A DNA stretch of 64,000 nucleotides from Sedimentisphaerales bacterium (GCA_016928435.1 JAFGKT010000075.1:3358-67357), one strand, 5' to 3'. Positions 21,279 through 37,731 are shown, counted from the stretch's first letter. A program made the numbers and translations. Notes: a model not told the origin generated them from the letters alone.

Positions 21279-21396
21279 TTAAATCTCCAAAAGTTAACAC
21301 TAGATAACACTCCTGCCGGGCAACCGGAGGAGGTTTCGCCTTTCAATTTCACAAACTATTACTTTACCAAAACTAGGTGGCCTCTGTAAAGCCTGA

Positions 21397-24300
21397 TTAT
21401 TCCAGACCCAAGGCCTGTTTAACCGCGGCCTCAGCCAAGGCTTCATCTTCTTCACGCTGGGTGTACTCTTCGCTCTCCAGTTCCACAGGGGTTACCGGCG
21501 CGCCAATGCTCTTGGGGTGAATGCCCAAATAAGGCTTAAACGCGGTACCAGCGGGGATTAGATGGCCCAAGATAACGTTTTCTTTGAGCCCAAGCAGTTG
21601 GTCCACCTTGCCGGAAATACTGGCTTCGGTAAGGACGCGGGTGGTTTCCTGGAAGCTAGCGGCTGAGACAAAACTCTCAGACTGCAGCGACGCCTTGGTT
21701 ATACCCAACAATACGGTCGATCCGGTGGCCGGGCGACACTTGGTGCCTTCGGCTGAGTCACCGCCGATAGCAATGACAGGCTCATTGATTCGCTCAAGTT
21801 CTTCGCGAGTAATGACAGTACCCACTTCCAGATCAGTATCACCCGGTTCGGTGATCTTGACACTATTGCCAACCTTGTCATTGGCTCCGCGGAATTGGAA
21901 CTTGTCAACAACATCACCAGGCAGCAAATCGGTGGCACCGGGATTATCAACCGCCACTTTACGCAACATCTGGGTGATAACCACTTCGACGTGCTTATCG
22001 TTGATACGCTCATTCTGAGCGCGATACACATTCTGGATTTCGCCCAGGAGGTATTCCTGCAACGCTTCTTCACCGCGGATACGCAGAATATCATGAGGTA
22101 CCAAAGGTCCATCGGTAAGCCGTTCGCCGGCCTCGACGTAGTCACCGGTGTGTACATTCAGGTGCTTATCGGGGGACACGTGATGATCATGCTGCATACC
22201 GGACTCGGCAGTAACAATAATGGTCATCTTTCCGCGGCGCTTGTCACTACGCAGTTCGACGGTACCGGATATTTCCGCCATGGCGGCTGGGTCTTTAGGT
22301 TTGCGGGCCTCAAAAACTTCTGTAACACGAGGCAGACCACCGGTAATATCCTGCGTACCAGTAATAGCACGAGGCTGCTGGGCGAGCATTGTACCGGGCT
22401 CGATTTCCTGGCCTTCTTCTACCTGAATACGAGCCTTGGCGGGCAAGTAATGGAAGTCCAAAATCCGGCCTTCGACATCCTCGACAACAATACGCGGATG
22501 CTTTTCGCCCTTATGCTCAATAACGACCGGCCTCATATCGCGGCCTTCCTTGGCATCGGTGCGGATAGTTTCGCCTTCTTCGATATCCTGGAAGCGAATT
22601 ATACCACCAACCTCGGATAGAATCGGCACACTATGCGGATCCCACTCGAACAGTACTTGGTTGGCCTTGACGGTATCGCCTTCATTAGCCAGCACCCAAG
22701 CACCATAAGGAGCGCGATACCGATCAAGTTCACGTCCTTTGGCATCAACAACCACGATTTCACCATTACGCTTTAGAGAAACCTTGCGTCTTTCACCATC
22801 AGGAGCGACAGTCTCAGCAACTTTGAGATTGAAATACTGGACCGTACCTTCAACCATGGAGTGCAACTTGTTTTCTACAACGGCACGTTCAGCGATACCA
22901 CCGGTATGGAACGTACGCATAGTAAGCTGCGTACCTGGTTCACCAATGGATTGCGCGGCAATAATACCGACAGCCAAACCTTCTTCAACAAGCCGACCGG
23001 TGCTTAAGTCCACACCATAACACTTGGCACAAACACCCAACGGGCTTTCGCAGGTCATAGGGCTGCGCACCCGAATGGTATCCAAGCCCAGTTCCTCGAT
23101 CTTGCGAGCGACTTCAGGGGTAATAATATTGTTTTCTGAAACAATGATTTCGTCGGTGATGGGATTGCGAATGGTATCGCGTGCGATCCGGCCGACAATC
23201 AGATCACCCAACGGTACGGAAACCTGCTCACCTTGATAGATGGCGGATTTGTTGACGCCTTGCAGAGTACCGCAATCGTCTTCATTCACAATTACGTTCT
23301 GGCAAACATCAGCCAACTTACGGGTTAGGTAACCACTGTCCGCGGTCTTAAGAGCGGTATCAGCCAAGCCCTTACGAGCACCATGAGTTGAACTGAAATA
23401 CTCCAGAACACTTAGGCCCTCGCGGAAGTTAGCTTTAATGGGAGTTTCGATGATTTCACCGGAAGGCTTAGCCATCAACGCCCGCATACCAGCCAACTGC
23501 TGAATCTGATCGACTTTACCACGAGCCCCAGACTCGGTCATCATAAAGACCGGGTTGAGATACGGCACACCGTCGCGAACATCGTGTTCCAGTTCACGCA
23601 TCATTTCGTTGGTAACTTGAACACGAGCATGGGTCCAAGCGTCAATAATCTGATTGTAACGTTCGCCATCGGTCAGAGCGCCGGCACTATAATTACTTTC
23701 GATGCGGTCAACACGAACCTGGGTTTCGTCAATGATTTCCTGCTTCTTGCTGGGGATACGCAAGTCGGTAACCGACATTGATATACCCGCCAAAGTAGCG
23801 TAATGGAAACCAAGGCTCTTGATATTATCGAGCAAGTCGATAGTCGCGGCCCGACCGGCAAACTCGAAACAGTCACTAATCACACGACTGAGGCCTTTGT
23901 TACCCAAGGCGTAGTTATAAAACGGCATTTCCGGGGACAATATGTCGTTGAAAATGCAACGGCCGGCGGTGGTTTCCACCACCACACCATATTTACTATA
24001 CACACCAGCTTTGTCACGAGCGCGTTTGTTTTTAGGCAAACGAACCTTGACACGGGCATGAACGGAAACCAATCCCTTCTCGTAGGCCATGATAGCTTCG
24101 AAGGTATTGGCGAATATCATACCTTCGCCTTTTTCGTCAGCACGATCGATGGTAATGTAATAGTTACCCAACACGATGTCCTGCGAAGGCGACATAATCG
24201 GCGAACCATTGGCCGGGGAGAAAATGTTGTTGCTAGACAGCATCAACACATGCGACTCAACTTGTGCTTCGACACTGAGAGGCAAATAAACACCCATTTG

Positions 24301-25677
24301 GTCGCCGTCGAAGTCCGCGTTAAAACCGCTGCAAACCAGCGGATGAATCTTAATCGCGTTACCTTCGATAAGTACCGGCTCAAAAGCCTGGATACCCATA
24401 CGGTGCAAGGTGGGAGCGCGGTTCAACAATACCGGATGCTCACGAATAGCTTCTTCGAGTACATCCCAAACATGCTCTTCGCGCCGTTCGAGCATTTTCT
24501 TGGCGCTCTTGATGGTGTCAGCCATGCCCCGCTCTTTGAGCAGACGAATAACGAAAGGCTGATACAACTCCAAAGCGATCTTCTTAGGCAGACCACACTG
24601 ATGTATCTTGAGTTCCGGGCCAACAACAATAACCGAACGGGCGGAATAATCGACACGTTTACCGAGCAGATTCTCGCGGAATCGGCCTTGCTTACCTTTG
24701 ATCATATCGGTAAGACTCTTAAGTGGACGATTGCTCGAGCCAAGCACCGGTCGACGGCAACGGCCATTGTCGAAAAGCGCATCGACAGCCTGCTGCAACA
24801 TACGCTTTTCGTTGCGAATAATGACTTCCGGAGCGTTAAGGTCAACCAGCTTTTTCAGTCGGTTGTTACGGTTAATGATACGACGATATAGATCGTTGAG
24901 GTCACTGGTGGCGAAATTGCCGCTCTCCAGCAACACCAAAGGACGCAGGTCCGGCGGAATAACCGGAATAACATCCATAATCATCCATTCAGGATCGTTG
25001 TCGCTATTACGCAGCGACTCGATGATCTTAAGGCGTTTGGTAATATCCTTGGTTTTCTGCACACTGCTGGTTTTTTCCAGAGCTTCACGGAGCAAAACTG
25101 CTTCTTGCTGCAGATTGAGCTGGCTCAGCAGTGTCCGTACGGCTTCGGCGCCCATTTCCGCCTTGAAAGAATCACCGTACTTCTCGACGGCGCGACGGCA
25201 ATCTTCTTCGCTGAGCAACTCCCGCAACTTCAAAGGCGTATCGCCTGGATCGCTAACCACATAATCCTGGAAATAAATCACCTTTTCCAGATCGGAGGTT
25301 TTCATGTCCAGAAGGTTAGCCAGGCGCGAAGGCATGGCTTTGAAAAACCAAATGTGTACCACCGGCGCAGCTAGATTGATGTGGCCCATGCGCTTACGAC
25401 GCACCACCGACCGCGTAACCTTGACGCCGCAGCGATCACAAATGATACCCTTGAACTTGGTACCTTTGTACTTACCGCAGGAACACTCCCAGTCCCGTTC
25501 CGGGCCGAAGATGCGTTCGCAGAACAGACCGTCCTTCTCCGGACGATATGTGCGGTAATTGATCGTTTCGGGTTTGCGTACCTCACCGAAAGACCAACTG
25601 CGAATATCGTTGGGGCTAGCCAGGCTAATCTTCACGGAACCATAATCGTTAATGCGATCATAGATCGAATCGACCAT
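21397..25677 (-). CDS. rpoC: RNA polymerase beta' subunit
   Basis: [29 protein letters not shown]; large insert in the trigger loop; AAGGAG RBS before ATG 25677. Confidence 0.99.
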   Translation of the reverse strand: MVDSIYDRINDYGSVKISLASPNDIRSWSFGEVRKPETINYRTYRPEKDGLFCERIFGPERDWECSCGKYKGTKFKGIICDRCGVKVTRSVVRRKRMGHINLAAPVVHIWFFKAMPSRLANLLDMKTSDLEKVIYFQDYVVSDPGDTPLKLRELLSEEDCRRAVEKYGDSFKAEMGAEAVRTLLSQLNLQQEAVLLREALEKTSSVQKTKDITKRLKIIESLRNSDNDPEWMIMDVIPVIPPDLRPLVLLESGNFATSDLNDLYRRIINRNNRLKKLVDLNAPEVIIRNEKRMLQQAVDALFDNGRCRRPVLGSSNRPLKSLTDMIKGKQGRFRENLLGKRVDYSARSVIVVGPELKIHQCGLPKKIALELYQPFVIRLLKERGMADTIKSAKKMLERREEHVWDVLEEAIREHPVLLNRAPTLHRMGIQAFEPVLIEGNAIKIHPLVCSGFNADFDGDQMGVYLPLSVEAQVESHVLMLSSNNIFSPANGSPIMSPSQDIVLGNYYITIDRADEKGEGMIFANTFEAIMAYEKGLVSVHARVKVRLPKNKRARDKAGVYSKYGVVVETTAGRCIFNDILSPEMPFYNYALGNKGLSRVISDCFEFAGRAATIDLLDNIKSLGFHYATLAGISMSVTDLRIPSKKQEIIDETQVRVDRIESNYSAGALTDGERYNQIIDAWTHARVQVTNEMMRELEHDVRDGVPYLNPVFMMTESGARGKVDQIQQLAGMRALMAKPSGEIIETPIKANFREGLSVLEYFSSTHGARKGLADTALKTADSGYLTRKLADVCQNVIVNEDDCGTLQGVNKSAIYQGEQVSVPLGDLIVGRIARDTIRNPITDEIIVSENNIITPEVARKIEELGLDTIRVRSPMTCESPLGVCAKCYGVDLSTGRLVEEGLAVGIIAAQSIGEPGTQLTMRTFHTGGIAERAVVENKLHSMVEGTVQYFNLKVAETVAPDGERRKVSLKRNGEIVVVDAKGRELDRYRAPYGAWVLANEGDTVKANQVLFEWDPHSVPILSEVGGIIRFQDIEEGETIRTDAKEGRDMRPVVIEHKGEKHPRIVVEDVEGRILDFHYLPAKARIQVEEGQEIEPGTMLAQQPRAITGTQDITGGLPRVTEVFEARKPKDPAAMAEISGTVELRSDKRRGKMTIIVTAESGMQHDHHVSPDKHLNVHTGDYVEAGERLTDGPLVPHDILRIRGEEALQEYLLGEIQNVYRAQNERINDKHVEVVITQMLRKVAVDNPGATDLLPGDVVDKFQFRGANDKVGNSVKITEPGDTDLEVGTVITREELERINEPVIAIGGDSAEGTKCRPATGSTVLLGITKASLQSESFVSAASFQETTRVLTEASISGKVDQLLGLKENVILGHLIPAGTAFKPYLGIHPKSIGAPVTPVELESEEYTQREEDEALAEAAVKQALGLE

Positions 25678-25772
25678 GTGGTTCACTCCTTTATAGTTAC
25701 AGGCTTTTGTTTCAAAGCTCCAAAACGCTTATGTTCATTTTCAGTTGACGCTGATTGCGCTACACAAACACG

Positions 25773-29510
<3,738 letters not shown>

Positions 29511-29779
29511 GTTTTTTTGCCTCGTAATCAAGGATTCGCCAGTCATCCATAGTCCAAGTTTCACAACTTAGAGCTGCTCGAGTTTTTCGCCAATCACACA
29601 CCCGTATGAGCCTATGACATTTTGACGCAACCCGTTAAACTTGGGTACGACGATCGCTTACTACAAGTCCGCTCATATGCACTAGGCCGTTTTTTTGGCT
29701 CGGCCCGCAAAACAACCAAAGGATGTCGGGCAGCTATCGCAATACGACGGCGCCCGGCATCCTCGGTTTGATACAATAA

Positions 29780-30193
29780 TTAAGCAAGTTTTACAGAGGC
29801 GCCGACTTCTTGCAGCACTTTGGCCAAAGCTTCGGCGTCTTCTTTGCTCATGCCTTCTTTGATCGGCTTGGGAGCGTTGTCCACAAGGTCCTTGGCTTCT
29901 TTCAGGCCCAGTCCCGTAGCGGCACGAACTTCTTTGATAACCTTGATCTTCTGATCACCGGCCGACTCCAAAATGACATCGAAAGAGGTTTTCTCTTCGG
30001 CTTCTTCAGCGGCGGCGCCACCGGCCGGACCAGCGACCATGGCCACTGCACCAGCGGCAGGCTCGATACCATGAACTTCCTTCAGGTAATCGCCAAGTTC
30101 CTTGGCTTGCAGCAAGGTCAAACCAACAATCTTGTCACCCAAAGCCTTAATGTCATCACTAAATGTCTTTTCTGCAATTGCTTCTTCAGTCAT
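29780..30193 (-). CDS. rplL: 50S ribosomal protein L7/L12
   Basis: [28 protein letters not shown]. Confidence 0.98.
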   Translation of the reverse strand: MTEEAIAEKTFSDDIKALGDKIVGLTLLQAKELGDYLKEVHGIEPAAGAVAMVAGPAGGAAAEEAEEKTSFDVILESAGDQKIKVIKEVRAATGLGLKEAKDLVDNAPKPIKEGMSKEDAEALAKVLQEVGASVKLA

Positions 30194-30365
30194 GTTCTTA
30201 CAACTCCTAATCTCAAAACTTTTCAACTAAACCAATAGCCAAGATACCTTAATCTTGTTTAACCCTTGCGGGGCAGTTGGATCAGCAAATTTACCAATTA
30301 ATCAACAAAGTCGACTCACCAAACACCGGTTCAACCAAAGCGACATATTCCAATCACCGTTGAAC

Positions 30366-30896
30366 TTAGGCGGCTTGGCCTTCTTCGAGTTTCTCAATGA
30401 TGGTCTTGATGCACCCTGCGATGTTGCCCGCGGGACTATTGATAGCACCGGCAATACGTGCGCCGGGTGACTTGGCGATCATGATAACCGCGGCCTGAAG
30501 TTCGGCGCGACTGGGCAACTTCGATAAAGCCTTTGTGGCTTCAGCATCCAAAGGCTGGCCATCCAAATAGCCGCCTTTGACTTCCAATTTATCGTACTCT
30601 TTCGCGGCTTCAATAACGGCTTTGACAACATCGACAATGCTGTCACCGCCATAGACGACCGAACAAGGCCCGCTAAGAACCTCTTTCATGCCATCCATGC
30701 CCAACTCAGCGAAAGCAGCAGCTGCCAAGGAATTCTTGACCACTATCAGCTTAATGCCTTTATCCAACAATTCACCGCGAAGTTTATTATTGGCGGTGCC
30801 ACGGATCCCGCGGATCGACACTATCGCACATTCATTGACACCTTCTAAGCTGGCTTTCAACTCGGCCTGCATAAGGTTTTTTACTCTGGTACTCAT
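30366..30896 (-). CDS. rplJ: 50S ribosomal protein L10
   Basis: VVKNSL, LSKLPSRAEL; lies between rplA and rplL. Confidence 0.95.
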   Translation of the reverse strand: MSTRVKNLMQAELKASLEGVNECAIVSIRGIRGTANNKLRGELLDKGIKLIVVKNSLAAAAFAELGMDGMKEVLSGPCSVVYGGDSIVDVVKAVIEAAKEYDKLEVKGGYLDGQPLDAEATKALSKLPSRAELQAAVIMIAKSPGARIAGAINSPAGNIAGCIKTIIEKLEEGQAA

Positions 30897-30985
30897 CAAC
30901 AGCCTCTTTTCACTAAAGTCGTTTCCGACCGGATATCGAGCTTAAGGACAAAACAACTAAAAACCTGCCCCAAACATTACAACAC

Positions 30986-31666
30986 CTAGGCCAACAACAA
31001 TTGCACCGACGGACTCATGGTCGCGCTGATGCAAACTTTATTAATAAAGGACCCCTTTACCACCGAAGGACGCATTTTTTTGATGTTGTCCATAAAAGCG
31101 GTAATATTTTCTTCGAGTTTTTGGTTCTCGAAACTAACCTTGCCGACCAACGCGTGAACATTGCCGCCGCTGTCGTTGCGAAATTCAACTTTGCCGGCAG
31201 CATAGTCTTTTACAGCCTGGGCAATGTCAGCTGTAACGGTACCGCTCTTGGGCGAAGGCATTTTGCCCTGCGGTCCCAGAACCCGACCTAGTTTACCAAC
31301 TTGCCCCATAGCTCGAGGGTGAGCGATGGCAACATCAAAATCAAGCCAGCCGCCTTGTACTTTCTTTACCAGGTCTTCCAGACTGGCTTCGATAGCACCG
31401 GCTGCCAAGGCCGCCTTGGCGTCATCGCCTTCGCAAAACGCGACTACCTTCAATGATCTACCAATACCATGAGGCAGAGAAATAGCGCCTCTAATGGCCT
31501 GATCAGCCTGTCTTGGGTCAATTCCCAGATGCATTACACATTCAACCGACTGGTCGAACTTTGTGGTAGCCCAACCTTTGATCTTCTGCACCGCCTCAGC
31601 TAACGGGATAGCTTCTTTTACCGCACTGGTCACGTCGCTTTTGTAGCGTTTGCTTCGAAAACGCAT
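30986..31666 (-). CDS. rplA: 50S ribosomal protein L1
   Basis: LPHGIG, LGRVLGPQGKMPSPKSGTV. Confidence 0.98.
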   Translation of the reverse strand: MRFRSKRYKSDVTSAVKEAIPLAEAVQKIKGWATTKFDQSVECVMHLGIDPRQADQAIRGAISLPHGIGRSLKVVAFCEGDDAKAALAAGAIEASLEDLVKKVQGGWLDFDVAIAHPRAMGQVGKLGRVLGPQGKMPSPKSGTVTADIAQAVKDYAAGKVEFRNDSGGNVHALVGKVSFENQKLEENITAFMDNIKKMRPSVVKGSFINKVCISATMSPSVQLLLA

Positions 31667-31776
31667 TTTTCACCTCGCGAATACATTCGCTCCCACTGTC
31701 ACCGGCCGTGGTTTGCCGTCAATAATTTCACCTACACAAAATACATTACATCCAGCCTAAAGGCCCGACGATAATG

Positions 31777-32208
31777 CTAATCGACAATTTCAATCCCCAT
31801 GCTGCGAGCGGTGCCCGCGATAATCTTAGCGGCTTGCTCGGGACTAAAAGCATTGAGGTCTTTGGTTTTTGTCTTAACAATGTCCTTAATCTGAGCTTTG
31901 GTTACGGTGCCCACTTTTTCGCGGTGAGGTTCGCCGCTTCCTTTGGCTACACCGGCAGCTTGCTTGAGCAAAACCGCCGCAGGAGGACTCTTGATAATAA
32001 AATCAAAAGACTTATCCGGATAAACACTGATCTCGACGGGGATGGTCGTTCCGTTATATTCCTTGGTTCTATCGTTGAACTGTTGAACAAACTGCCCGAT
32101 ATTTACACCGTGCTGACCCAAAGCCGGGCCGATCGGCGGTGCCGGTGTGGCTTTACCACCAGGTGCCTGTAATTTGATCAGTGCTACAATCTCTTTTTTC
32201 TTCGCCAT
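31777..32208 (-). CDS. rplK: 50S ribosomal protein L11
   Basis: [24 protein letters not shown]. Confidence 0.98.
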   Translation of the reverse strand: MAKKKEIVALIKLQAPGGKATPAPPIGPALGQHGVNIGQFVQQFNDRTKEYNGTTIPVEISVYPDKSFDFIIKSPPAAVLLKQAAGVAKGSGEPHREKVGTVTKAQIKDIVKTKTKDLNAFSPEQAAKIIAGTARSMGIEIVD

Positions 32209-32300
32209 AATTTACTCGCTATAGATTCACTATTGTTTTGTGTACTGTAAATCTTTGATCTCTGGCACGGCTTACCTGCCGGCCCCGCCCGAAAACCCCG

Positions 32301-32864
32301 TTAGGATTTTTCGATCTGCCAATATTCGATATCCAAAGGAGTAGGCCGACCGAAAATCGTGACTATTACACGCACGGTGCCTTTTTCAGCGTCAATGTCC
32401 TCAACCGATCCTTCCATACCTTCAAAAGAACCGCCTTTTACTTTGATGGCGTCGCCCTTTTGGAATTCCATTTGTACCTGAGGGCTCTCTTCCGGACGCT
32501 CGGCTTGGTTGAGCATCTTTGCGACATCAACATCGCTCATCGGACTGGGTTTGCCTTCGGTGCCGATGAAATCACCAACACCATTGGTCTCGTTGATGAC
32601 AAACCAAGACTTCTCCAGCAAACTGCCGTCCTCGGAAGTGGCCATCTCGACAAAAACATACCCTGGGTAAAGTTTACGCTCGTAAACCCGCTGCTGGCCG
32701 GCACGTACACGCTTCACCTTTTCAGTCGGAACCAATATCCGCCCGATCTCGGTCTGCAGGCCTTCGATTTCGACCTTGCGCGCAAGCGCATCGCGTACTT
32801 GCTCCTCACGATTGGAGGCTACACGCAAAACATACCAGCGTTTTTCCAGTGCTTCTTCGGTCAC
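32301..32864 (-). CDS. nusG: Transcription factor NusG
   Basis: WYVLRV, YPGYVFVEM, KOW domain, IFGRPTP; start uncertain. Confidence 0.96.
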   Translation of the reverse strand: MTEEALEKRWYVLRVASNREEQVRDALARKVEIEGLQTEIGRILVPTEKVKRVRAGQQRVYERKLYPGYVFVEMATSEDGSLLEKSWFVINETNGVGDFIGTEGKPSPMSDVDVAKMLNQAERPEESPQVQMEFQKGDAIKVKGGSFEGMEGSVEDIDAEKGTVRVIVTIFGRPTPLDIEYWQIEKS

Positions 32865-32881
32865 GAATAAAATCCCAAACT

Positions 32882-33301
32882 TTATATTACCTGAAGTACG
32901 CCGATCCAATTAAAGAACCAGGCAAAAGCATGGTCCACAACAGCTAAAAGAACAGCTACGATCGCAACAGTAATAATAACCACCTTGGTTGAGCTGACGA
33001 TCTCTTTCTTGCTCGACCAAGACACCTTCTTCATTTCACCTTCGGTGGCGATCATAAAATCAGCGTACTTGGGGGTATTGACAATCTTGAATATGAACCA
33101 CGCAAAAATCGCCAAAAGCACCACAGGCACAAGGGCTTGAGTCCACACTCCCTTGACCGGCCCGAGATAATCATCGTCCAGCAGCACCGCTAGTTTATTG
33201 TAAAGGGCATAACAACCATATATAGACAAAATACCCAGGCCCGCCGCGGTGCCGAGACGTGTATAATAACCTTGTCCTTTTTTGTAGAACTTCAGTGCCA
33301 T
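32882..33301 (-). CDS. secE: Preprotein translocase SecE (long, multi-TM form)
   Basis: EGEMKKVSWSS followed by a TM helix; lies between tRNA-Trp and nusG. Confidence 0.93.
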   Translation of the reverse strand: MALKFYKKGQGYYTRLGTAAGLGILSIYGCYALYNKLAVLLDDDYLGPVKGVWTQALVPVVLLAIFAWFIFKIVNTPKYADFMIATEGEMKKVSWSSKKEIVSSTKVVIITVAIVAVLLAVVDHAFAWFFNWIGVLQVI

Positions 33302-33320
33302 TTATGTGTCCTCATCAAAA

Positions 33321-33394
33321 CAGGCCAGGAGGGAATCGAACCCCCAACCTGCGGTTTTGGAGACCGCTGCTCTACCAAATTAAGCTACTGGCCT
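33321..33394 (-). tRNA. trnW: tRNA-Trp(CCA), 3' CCA not encoded
   Basis: AGGCCAGTAGCTTAATTTGGTAGAGCAGCGGTCTCCAAAACCGCAGGTTGGGGGTTCGATTCCCTCCTGGCCTG folds as a cloverleaf. Confidence 0.96.
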
Positions 33395-33420
33395 AGGTTG
33401 ATGTTCTCTGACTGTGCCAA

Positions 33421-33588
33421 TTATTTTTTACGTAATTTATGAACGGTGTGCTTCCGTTCTTTTTTGCAGTACTTTTTGAGTTCCATCTTGGGAACTCCAC
33501 CCATGGTATTGACCTGCGTACGATAATTGCGTTCACCGCACTCAGTGCATTCCATCGTAAAGAATTCTCTTTTGGCTGCCTTGGCCAT
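33421..33588 (-). CDS. rpmG: 50S ribosomal protein L33
   Basis: Manual translation MAKAAKREFFTMECTECGERNYRT...ELKKYCKKERKHTVHKLRKK. Confidence 0.95.
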   Translation of the reverse strand: MAKAAKREFFTMECTECGERNYRTQVNTMGGVPKMELKKYCKKERKHTVHKLRKK

Positions 33589-33718
33589 TTTGCCACTCCA
33601 GCAATTAATTTAGTCGGGGCGATCTGACTGAAACGTCTTTACATATCAATCAAATCGCCCCGGTTATTGTCAACAGTGCCGCGATATCAAAGAAATGATT
33701 ACGCGACGCCACACATTA

Positions 33719-34924
33719 CTACTCAAGAATCTTGGTCACCACGCCGGCACCCACAGTACGGCCGCCTTCGCGAACCGCAAAACGCAGGCCTTCTTCCATG
33801 GCGATCGGATACATGATTTCGCCTTCCACGGTGATATTGTCACCAGGCATGCACATTTCCGCGCCGCCCATCAGCTTAATTCCGCCGGTCACGTCGGTGG
33901 TACGGAAGTAGAACTGCGGACGATAACCATTGAAGAACGGGGTATGACGGCCACCTTCCTCTTTGGTCAACACGTAAACTTCGCCTTCAAACTTGGTGTG
34001 AGGAGTGATGCTGCCTGGTTTGGCAAAAACCTGACCACGTTGCACTTCGTCCTTGTCGATACCACGCAGCAAGCAACCGACGTTGTCACCGGCTTGACCT
34101 TGATCCATGGTCTTGTTGAACATTTCCACACCGGTAACGGTGGTCTTGCGGGTTTCGCCCAGACCAACGATCTCGATTTCTTCACCCATCTTGATAACGC
34201 CGCGCTCGATACGACCGGTACCCACGGTACCACGGCCCTTGATGCTGAAGACGTCTTCAACCGGCATCAGGAACGGCTTGTCAATCTCGCGCTGCGGTTC
34301 AGGAATGTAGCTGTCGATAGCGTCCATAAGCTCTTGGATGCACTTGGTCGCTTCGGGATCGGTCGGGTTGCTTGCCGCACCCAGGGCCGAGCCGTGTACT
34401 ACCGGAGCGTTGTCGCCGTCGAACTCGTACTTGCTCAGCAGTTCGCGAACTTCCAGCTCTACCAGTTCCAGCAGTTCCGGATCGTCAACCAAGTCAACCT
34501 TGTTCAGGAACACTACCAAAGCCGGCACGTTTACCTGACGGGCCAACAGCACGTGTTCGCGGGTCTGGGGCATCGGGCCGTCGGCGGCCGACACTACCAG
34601 AATAGCACCGTCCATCTGGGCAGCACCGGTAATCATGTTCTTGATATAGTCAGCGTGACCCGGGCAGTCGATGTGAGCATAGTGACGATTGTCCGTCTCG
34701 TACTCTTGGTGACTGGTGGCGATAGTCAGAATTTTGGTCGCATCACGACGGCCCTGGCTTTCCGAAGCCTTGGCTACTTCGTCATAACTAACCGCTTTGC
34801 ACAAACCCTTGGCTGCCTGAACAACCGTGATAGCGGCAGTCAAAGTTGTCTTACCATGATCGATGTGTCCGATCGTACCGACATTTACGTGAGGTTTAGT
34901 TCTTTGAAAAACGTCTTTGGCCAT
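33719..34924 (-). CDS. tuf: Elongation factor Tu
   Basis: [36 protein letters not shown]. Confidence 0.99.
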   Translation of the reverse strand: MAKDVFQRTKPHVNVGTIGHIDHGKTTLTAAITVVQAAKGLCKAVSYDEVAKASESQGRRDATKILTIATSHQEYETDNRHYAHIDCPGHADYIKNMITGAAQMDGAILVVSAADGPMPQTREHVLLARQVNVPALVVFLNKVDLVDDPELLELVELEVRELLSKYEFDGDNAPVVHGSALGAASNPTDPEATKCIQELMDAIDSYIPEPQREIDKPFLMPVEDVFSIKGRGTVGTGRIERGVIKMGEEIEIVGLGETRKTTVTGVEMFNKTMDQGQAGDNVGCLLRGIDKDEVQRGQVFAKPGSITPHTKFEGEVYVLTKEEGGRHTPFFNGYRPQFYFRTTDVTGGIKLMGGAEMCMPGDNITVEGEIMYPIAMEEGLRFAVREGGRTVGAGVVTKILE

Positions 34925-35094
34925 GCTGGCGTCCTCCTGAATCTTTGGGGACCTATGTTATGTTCTCTTTGTTTTATACCAATGGCTGCCCGCAACAATC
35001 AGTGGCCAAATCCACAAGTCGAGCAACCTTACACAACTAACTATACTATTAGCCGCTAAGCTACCTACCGCAAAGCACCAAAAGCTCCGCAAAA

Positions 35095-35166
<72 letters not shown>

Positions 35167-35542
35167 GGGTCACCCACCGCAAAAGACAATGACAACCCCG
35201 CAACATCATCGCCAACCGCCCTAAAGCGGCAACAACCATAGCAGTTAGACACTCCAGGCGTAACACGCCCGGGCGCCGTAGAATGGATTAATATAAAGCT
35301 CCCGCATCGTGAATGCCACCGAAAAATGGCAAAAAAAACACTTTTTTGGCCTGGCCGATATCAGTAGTAGCAGGCGGGTTATATAAATAAATAACAATCT
35401 ACAATGTTGCCTGACTGCACAACGCGCAACATGCGAATCTTTGCTGGTCTGGCTGGAGTTCTGGGCTGGTTTGCCCGAGTCCTCGAATAAACCCGCCCCA
35501 AGTTTCACCGCGACGCCCTGTCAGGAAACTTGGCCGTTTTTA

Positions 35543-36709
35543 TCAGCTTCTATCGTCTCGGGATGGCCGCGACGAGCGAGAATAAGGCCTATTGTCGCGT
35601 GAGCCCCGGCCGGGCCGCTGGTTCACACGGCCTTCGGAACTATCCAGCGCAGGCGACGAACCGTCATCCATCCGCGCGAAAATCATCCGACCCGCCGAAG
35701 TCTGCAATACCGAAGTAACCACCGGCTCGACCTCCTGATTAAGGTAGCCCCTGCCGTTATCCACCACAATCATGGTGCCGTCATCCAGATAGCCGACCCC
35801 TTGGCCGTTCTGGTCCCCCGGCTTGACCAACTTAACCAGGATATTCTCCCCGGGAAGCAGAATCGGCTTCATCGCGTTGGCCAAATCATTGATATTGATC
35901 ACGTCCACACCGCGAATACTGGCAACCTTGTTCAAATTATAGTCATTGGTAACCAGCTTGCCGCCCAGTTTTATACCCGTAGCCACTAGCTGATGGTCCA
36001 CTGGTTCTGCTTGCTCCGCAGCGCTAAGGTGAACCTCTTGAACTGTAATATCAATATTCTCAGTACTTTGCAGCACATTTAGCACGTCGAGCCCTCGCCG
36101 CCCCCTCGTACGCCGCATCCGATCCGCCGAGTCGGCTATGTTCTGCAACTCATTAAGGACAAAACGCGGCACTATCAGCGGAGAGTTCAGGATTTTGGTC
36201 GCGGCAATATCCGCGATCCGGCCGTCAATAATCACCGAAGTATCCAGAATCAGCGGACAAACACCCTTCGTCTGCTTGCTAAACTCCACATACGGAATAA
36301 TAAACCGAAAATCATCCTTTGTCTGCATAACAAACGTAATCGCCAGATAACAGCAGAGAATATTAATCGACAGCTTCAGCGGATCCTTGGCATACATCAA
36401 GGCTGTGTCCGCCGGAACCCTATAGACTTCATAGAGAAAATCGAGGATCGAATTGAACCCCAATCCAATCAGCAAGCCAACCAGCAAACCAAAGAATATC
36501 CCCGCCAACGCCGCCAGAGTTTTCCGCCGAACCAGCAGGTCAATGGAAAAACCCATTATCACCACCACCAAAGCGAAAGCGAACACAAGGTTCCTAAATT
36601 CCCCCGCAACAGTGGAAGTTCCCCGAGACAATTCCACGTTGCTGAAGCTGAACATCACCGTCGCGGCAATCAGCAACACAAAAATCGCACGTACAAACCA
36701 AGATACCAT
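35543..36709 (-). CDS. Membrane PIN/TRAM domain protein (YacL-like)
   Basis: N-terminal TM helices, LDTSVIIDGRI, RGRRGLD, TNDYNL, QGVGYLDDGTMIVV, QTSAGRMIF. Confidence 0.92.
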   Translation of the reverse strand: MVSWFVRAIFVLLIAATVMFSFSNVELSRGTSTVAGEFRNLVFAFALVVVIMGFSIDLLVRRKTLAALAGIFFGLLVGLLIGLGFNSILDFLYEVYRVPADTALMYAKDPLKLSINILCCYLAITFVMQTKDDFRFIIPYVEFSKQTKGVCPLILDTSVIIDGRIADIAATKILNSPLIVPRFVLNELQNIADSADRMRRTRGRRGLDVLNVLQSTENIDITVQEVHLSAAEQAEPVDHQLVATGIKLGGKLVTNDYNLNKVASIRGVDVININDLANAMKPILLPGENILVKLVKPGDQNGQGVGYLDDGTMIVVDNGRGYLNQEVEPVVTSVLQTSAGRMIFARMDDGSSPALDSSEGRVNQRPGRGSRDNRPYSRSSRPSRDDRS

Positions 36710-36782
36710 ATAGCCTCCGGTATTTATAAAAAGTATGGCAATATATACCGCAATTCCCGATGGTCAACGGTCAATTACAACC

Positions 36783-36813
36783 ATTATATATGCCAACATC
36801 AACATGTCGGCAT
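36783..36813 (-). promoter_or_regulatory. Dyad next to a TATAAT box upstream of the PIN/TRAM gene (possible operator)
   Basis: ATGCCAACAT-caac-ATGTCGGCAT (9/10 inverted repeat); minus-strand TATAAT at 36783-36788. Confidence 0.3.
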
Positions 36814-37080
36814 TTTTATCACATAAAGTATTTTATAATAAGTAATTATATAAAATCATATCGCCGAGACGCCCTGGACACACCTCCGTAAGACAGCCAT
36901 AATGCACGCTCGTATATTTGGCATATCACCAGAAAAATCACATATAGACGATGTGACAAACCATGTGCATCAGCCGACTTAAAACACGAATTCCCTAAAA
37001 ACTAAACGTGTAGGCTAGATACTACTTGGGCGATAACAATCCGTCAAGTACGAAGTTACAGCACCGAACAACCGGGCACA

Positions 37081-37731
37081 TCAGATGTCGAGCAACTTGG
37101 GCAGTTGCAGCGGATGTTCAATTATCCCCACAGCACCGTTGAGTATCAATTCGGTCCGGCAGCGAAACCCCCACGTCACCCCCACCGGGAAAAAGCCCGC
37201 CGAAGTCGCGGTCTTCATGTCAACCGCGCTGTCCCCCACATAGGCAACCTTCGATGGTGCTACCTGCATTTCCTCGGCTATGGCCAACGCCGCGCCCGGC
37301 ACCGGTTTCAGCGCGTAGCCGTCACGATGGCCCCAAACACAATCAAAATACTCCCGACCCAACAATCGCGCCACCACCTCTTGCGTAAAACCGTCGCCTT
37401 TATTGGACAAGACCGCGAGTTTACGCCCGCTCTGCTTCAGTTGATCGAGCATCTCCGGCACCCCAGGGTAAGGCCTCGACGAGTCAGCATAATGTTCGGC
37501 ATAGTATTGACTGTGCAGCCCCAGCAATTGCTCAGCCAAATCCTGCCGGTCATCGGGCAACGAACGCTCGATCAACTTGCGTACACCATCGCCCACCCGC
37601 TTGCGATACGACGCCGGTTCATGCGTCGGTAGATTAAGCTGCCTTAGCCCATGATTGACGCTCTCAGCTAAATCATCGAGGCTATTTACGAGCGTGCCGT
37701 CAAGATCGAATATCACTGCTTGGTATTTCAT
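37081..37731 (-). CDS. HAD family phosphatase (phosphoglycolate phosphatase-like)
   Basis: FDLDGTL, LSNK, KP, YVGDS..D. Confidence 0.92.
   Translation of the reverse strand: MKYQAVIFDLDGTLVNSLDDLAESVNHGLRQLNLPTHEPASYRKRVGDGVRKLIERSLPDDRQDLAEQLLGLHSQYYAEHYADSSRPYPGVPEMLDQLKQSGRKLAVLSNKGDGFTQEVVARLLGREYFDCVWGHRDGYALKPVPGAALAIAEEMQVAPSKVAYVGDSAVDMKTATSAGFFPVGVTWGFRCRTELILNGAVGIIEHPLQLPKLLDI

Noticed and set aside
33695-35059. Long + strand ORFs antisense to tuf, rpoB, rpoC and ribosomal protein genes (e.g. 454 aa here, 482 aa at 26655-28103)
   Set aside because: Shadow ORFs caused by codon bias of conserved genes on the opposite strand; no recognisable motifs
35167-35542. Additional tRNA-Tyr/Gly genes that often precede tRNA-Thr and tuf
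   Set aside because: No T-arm or cloverleaf found by eye in this interval
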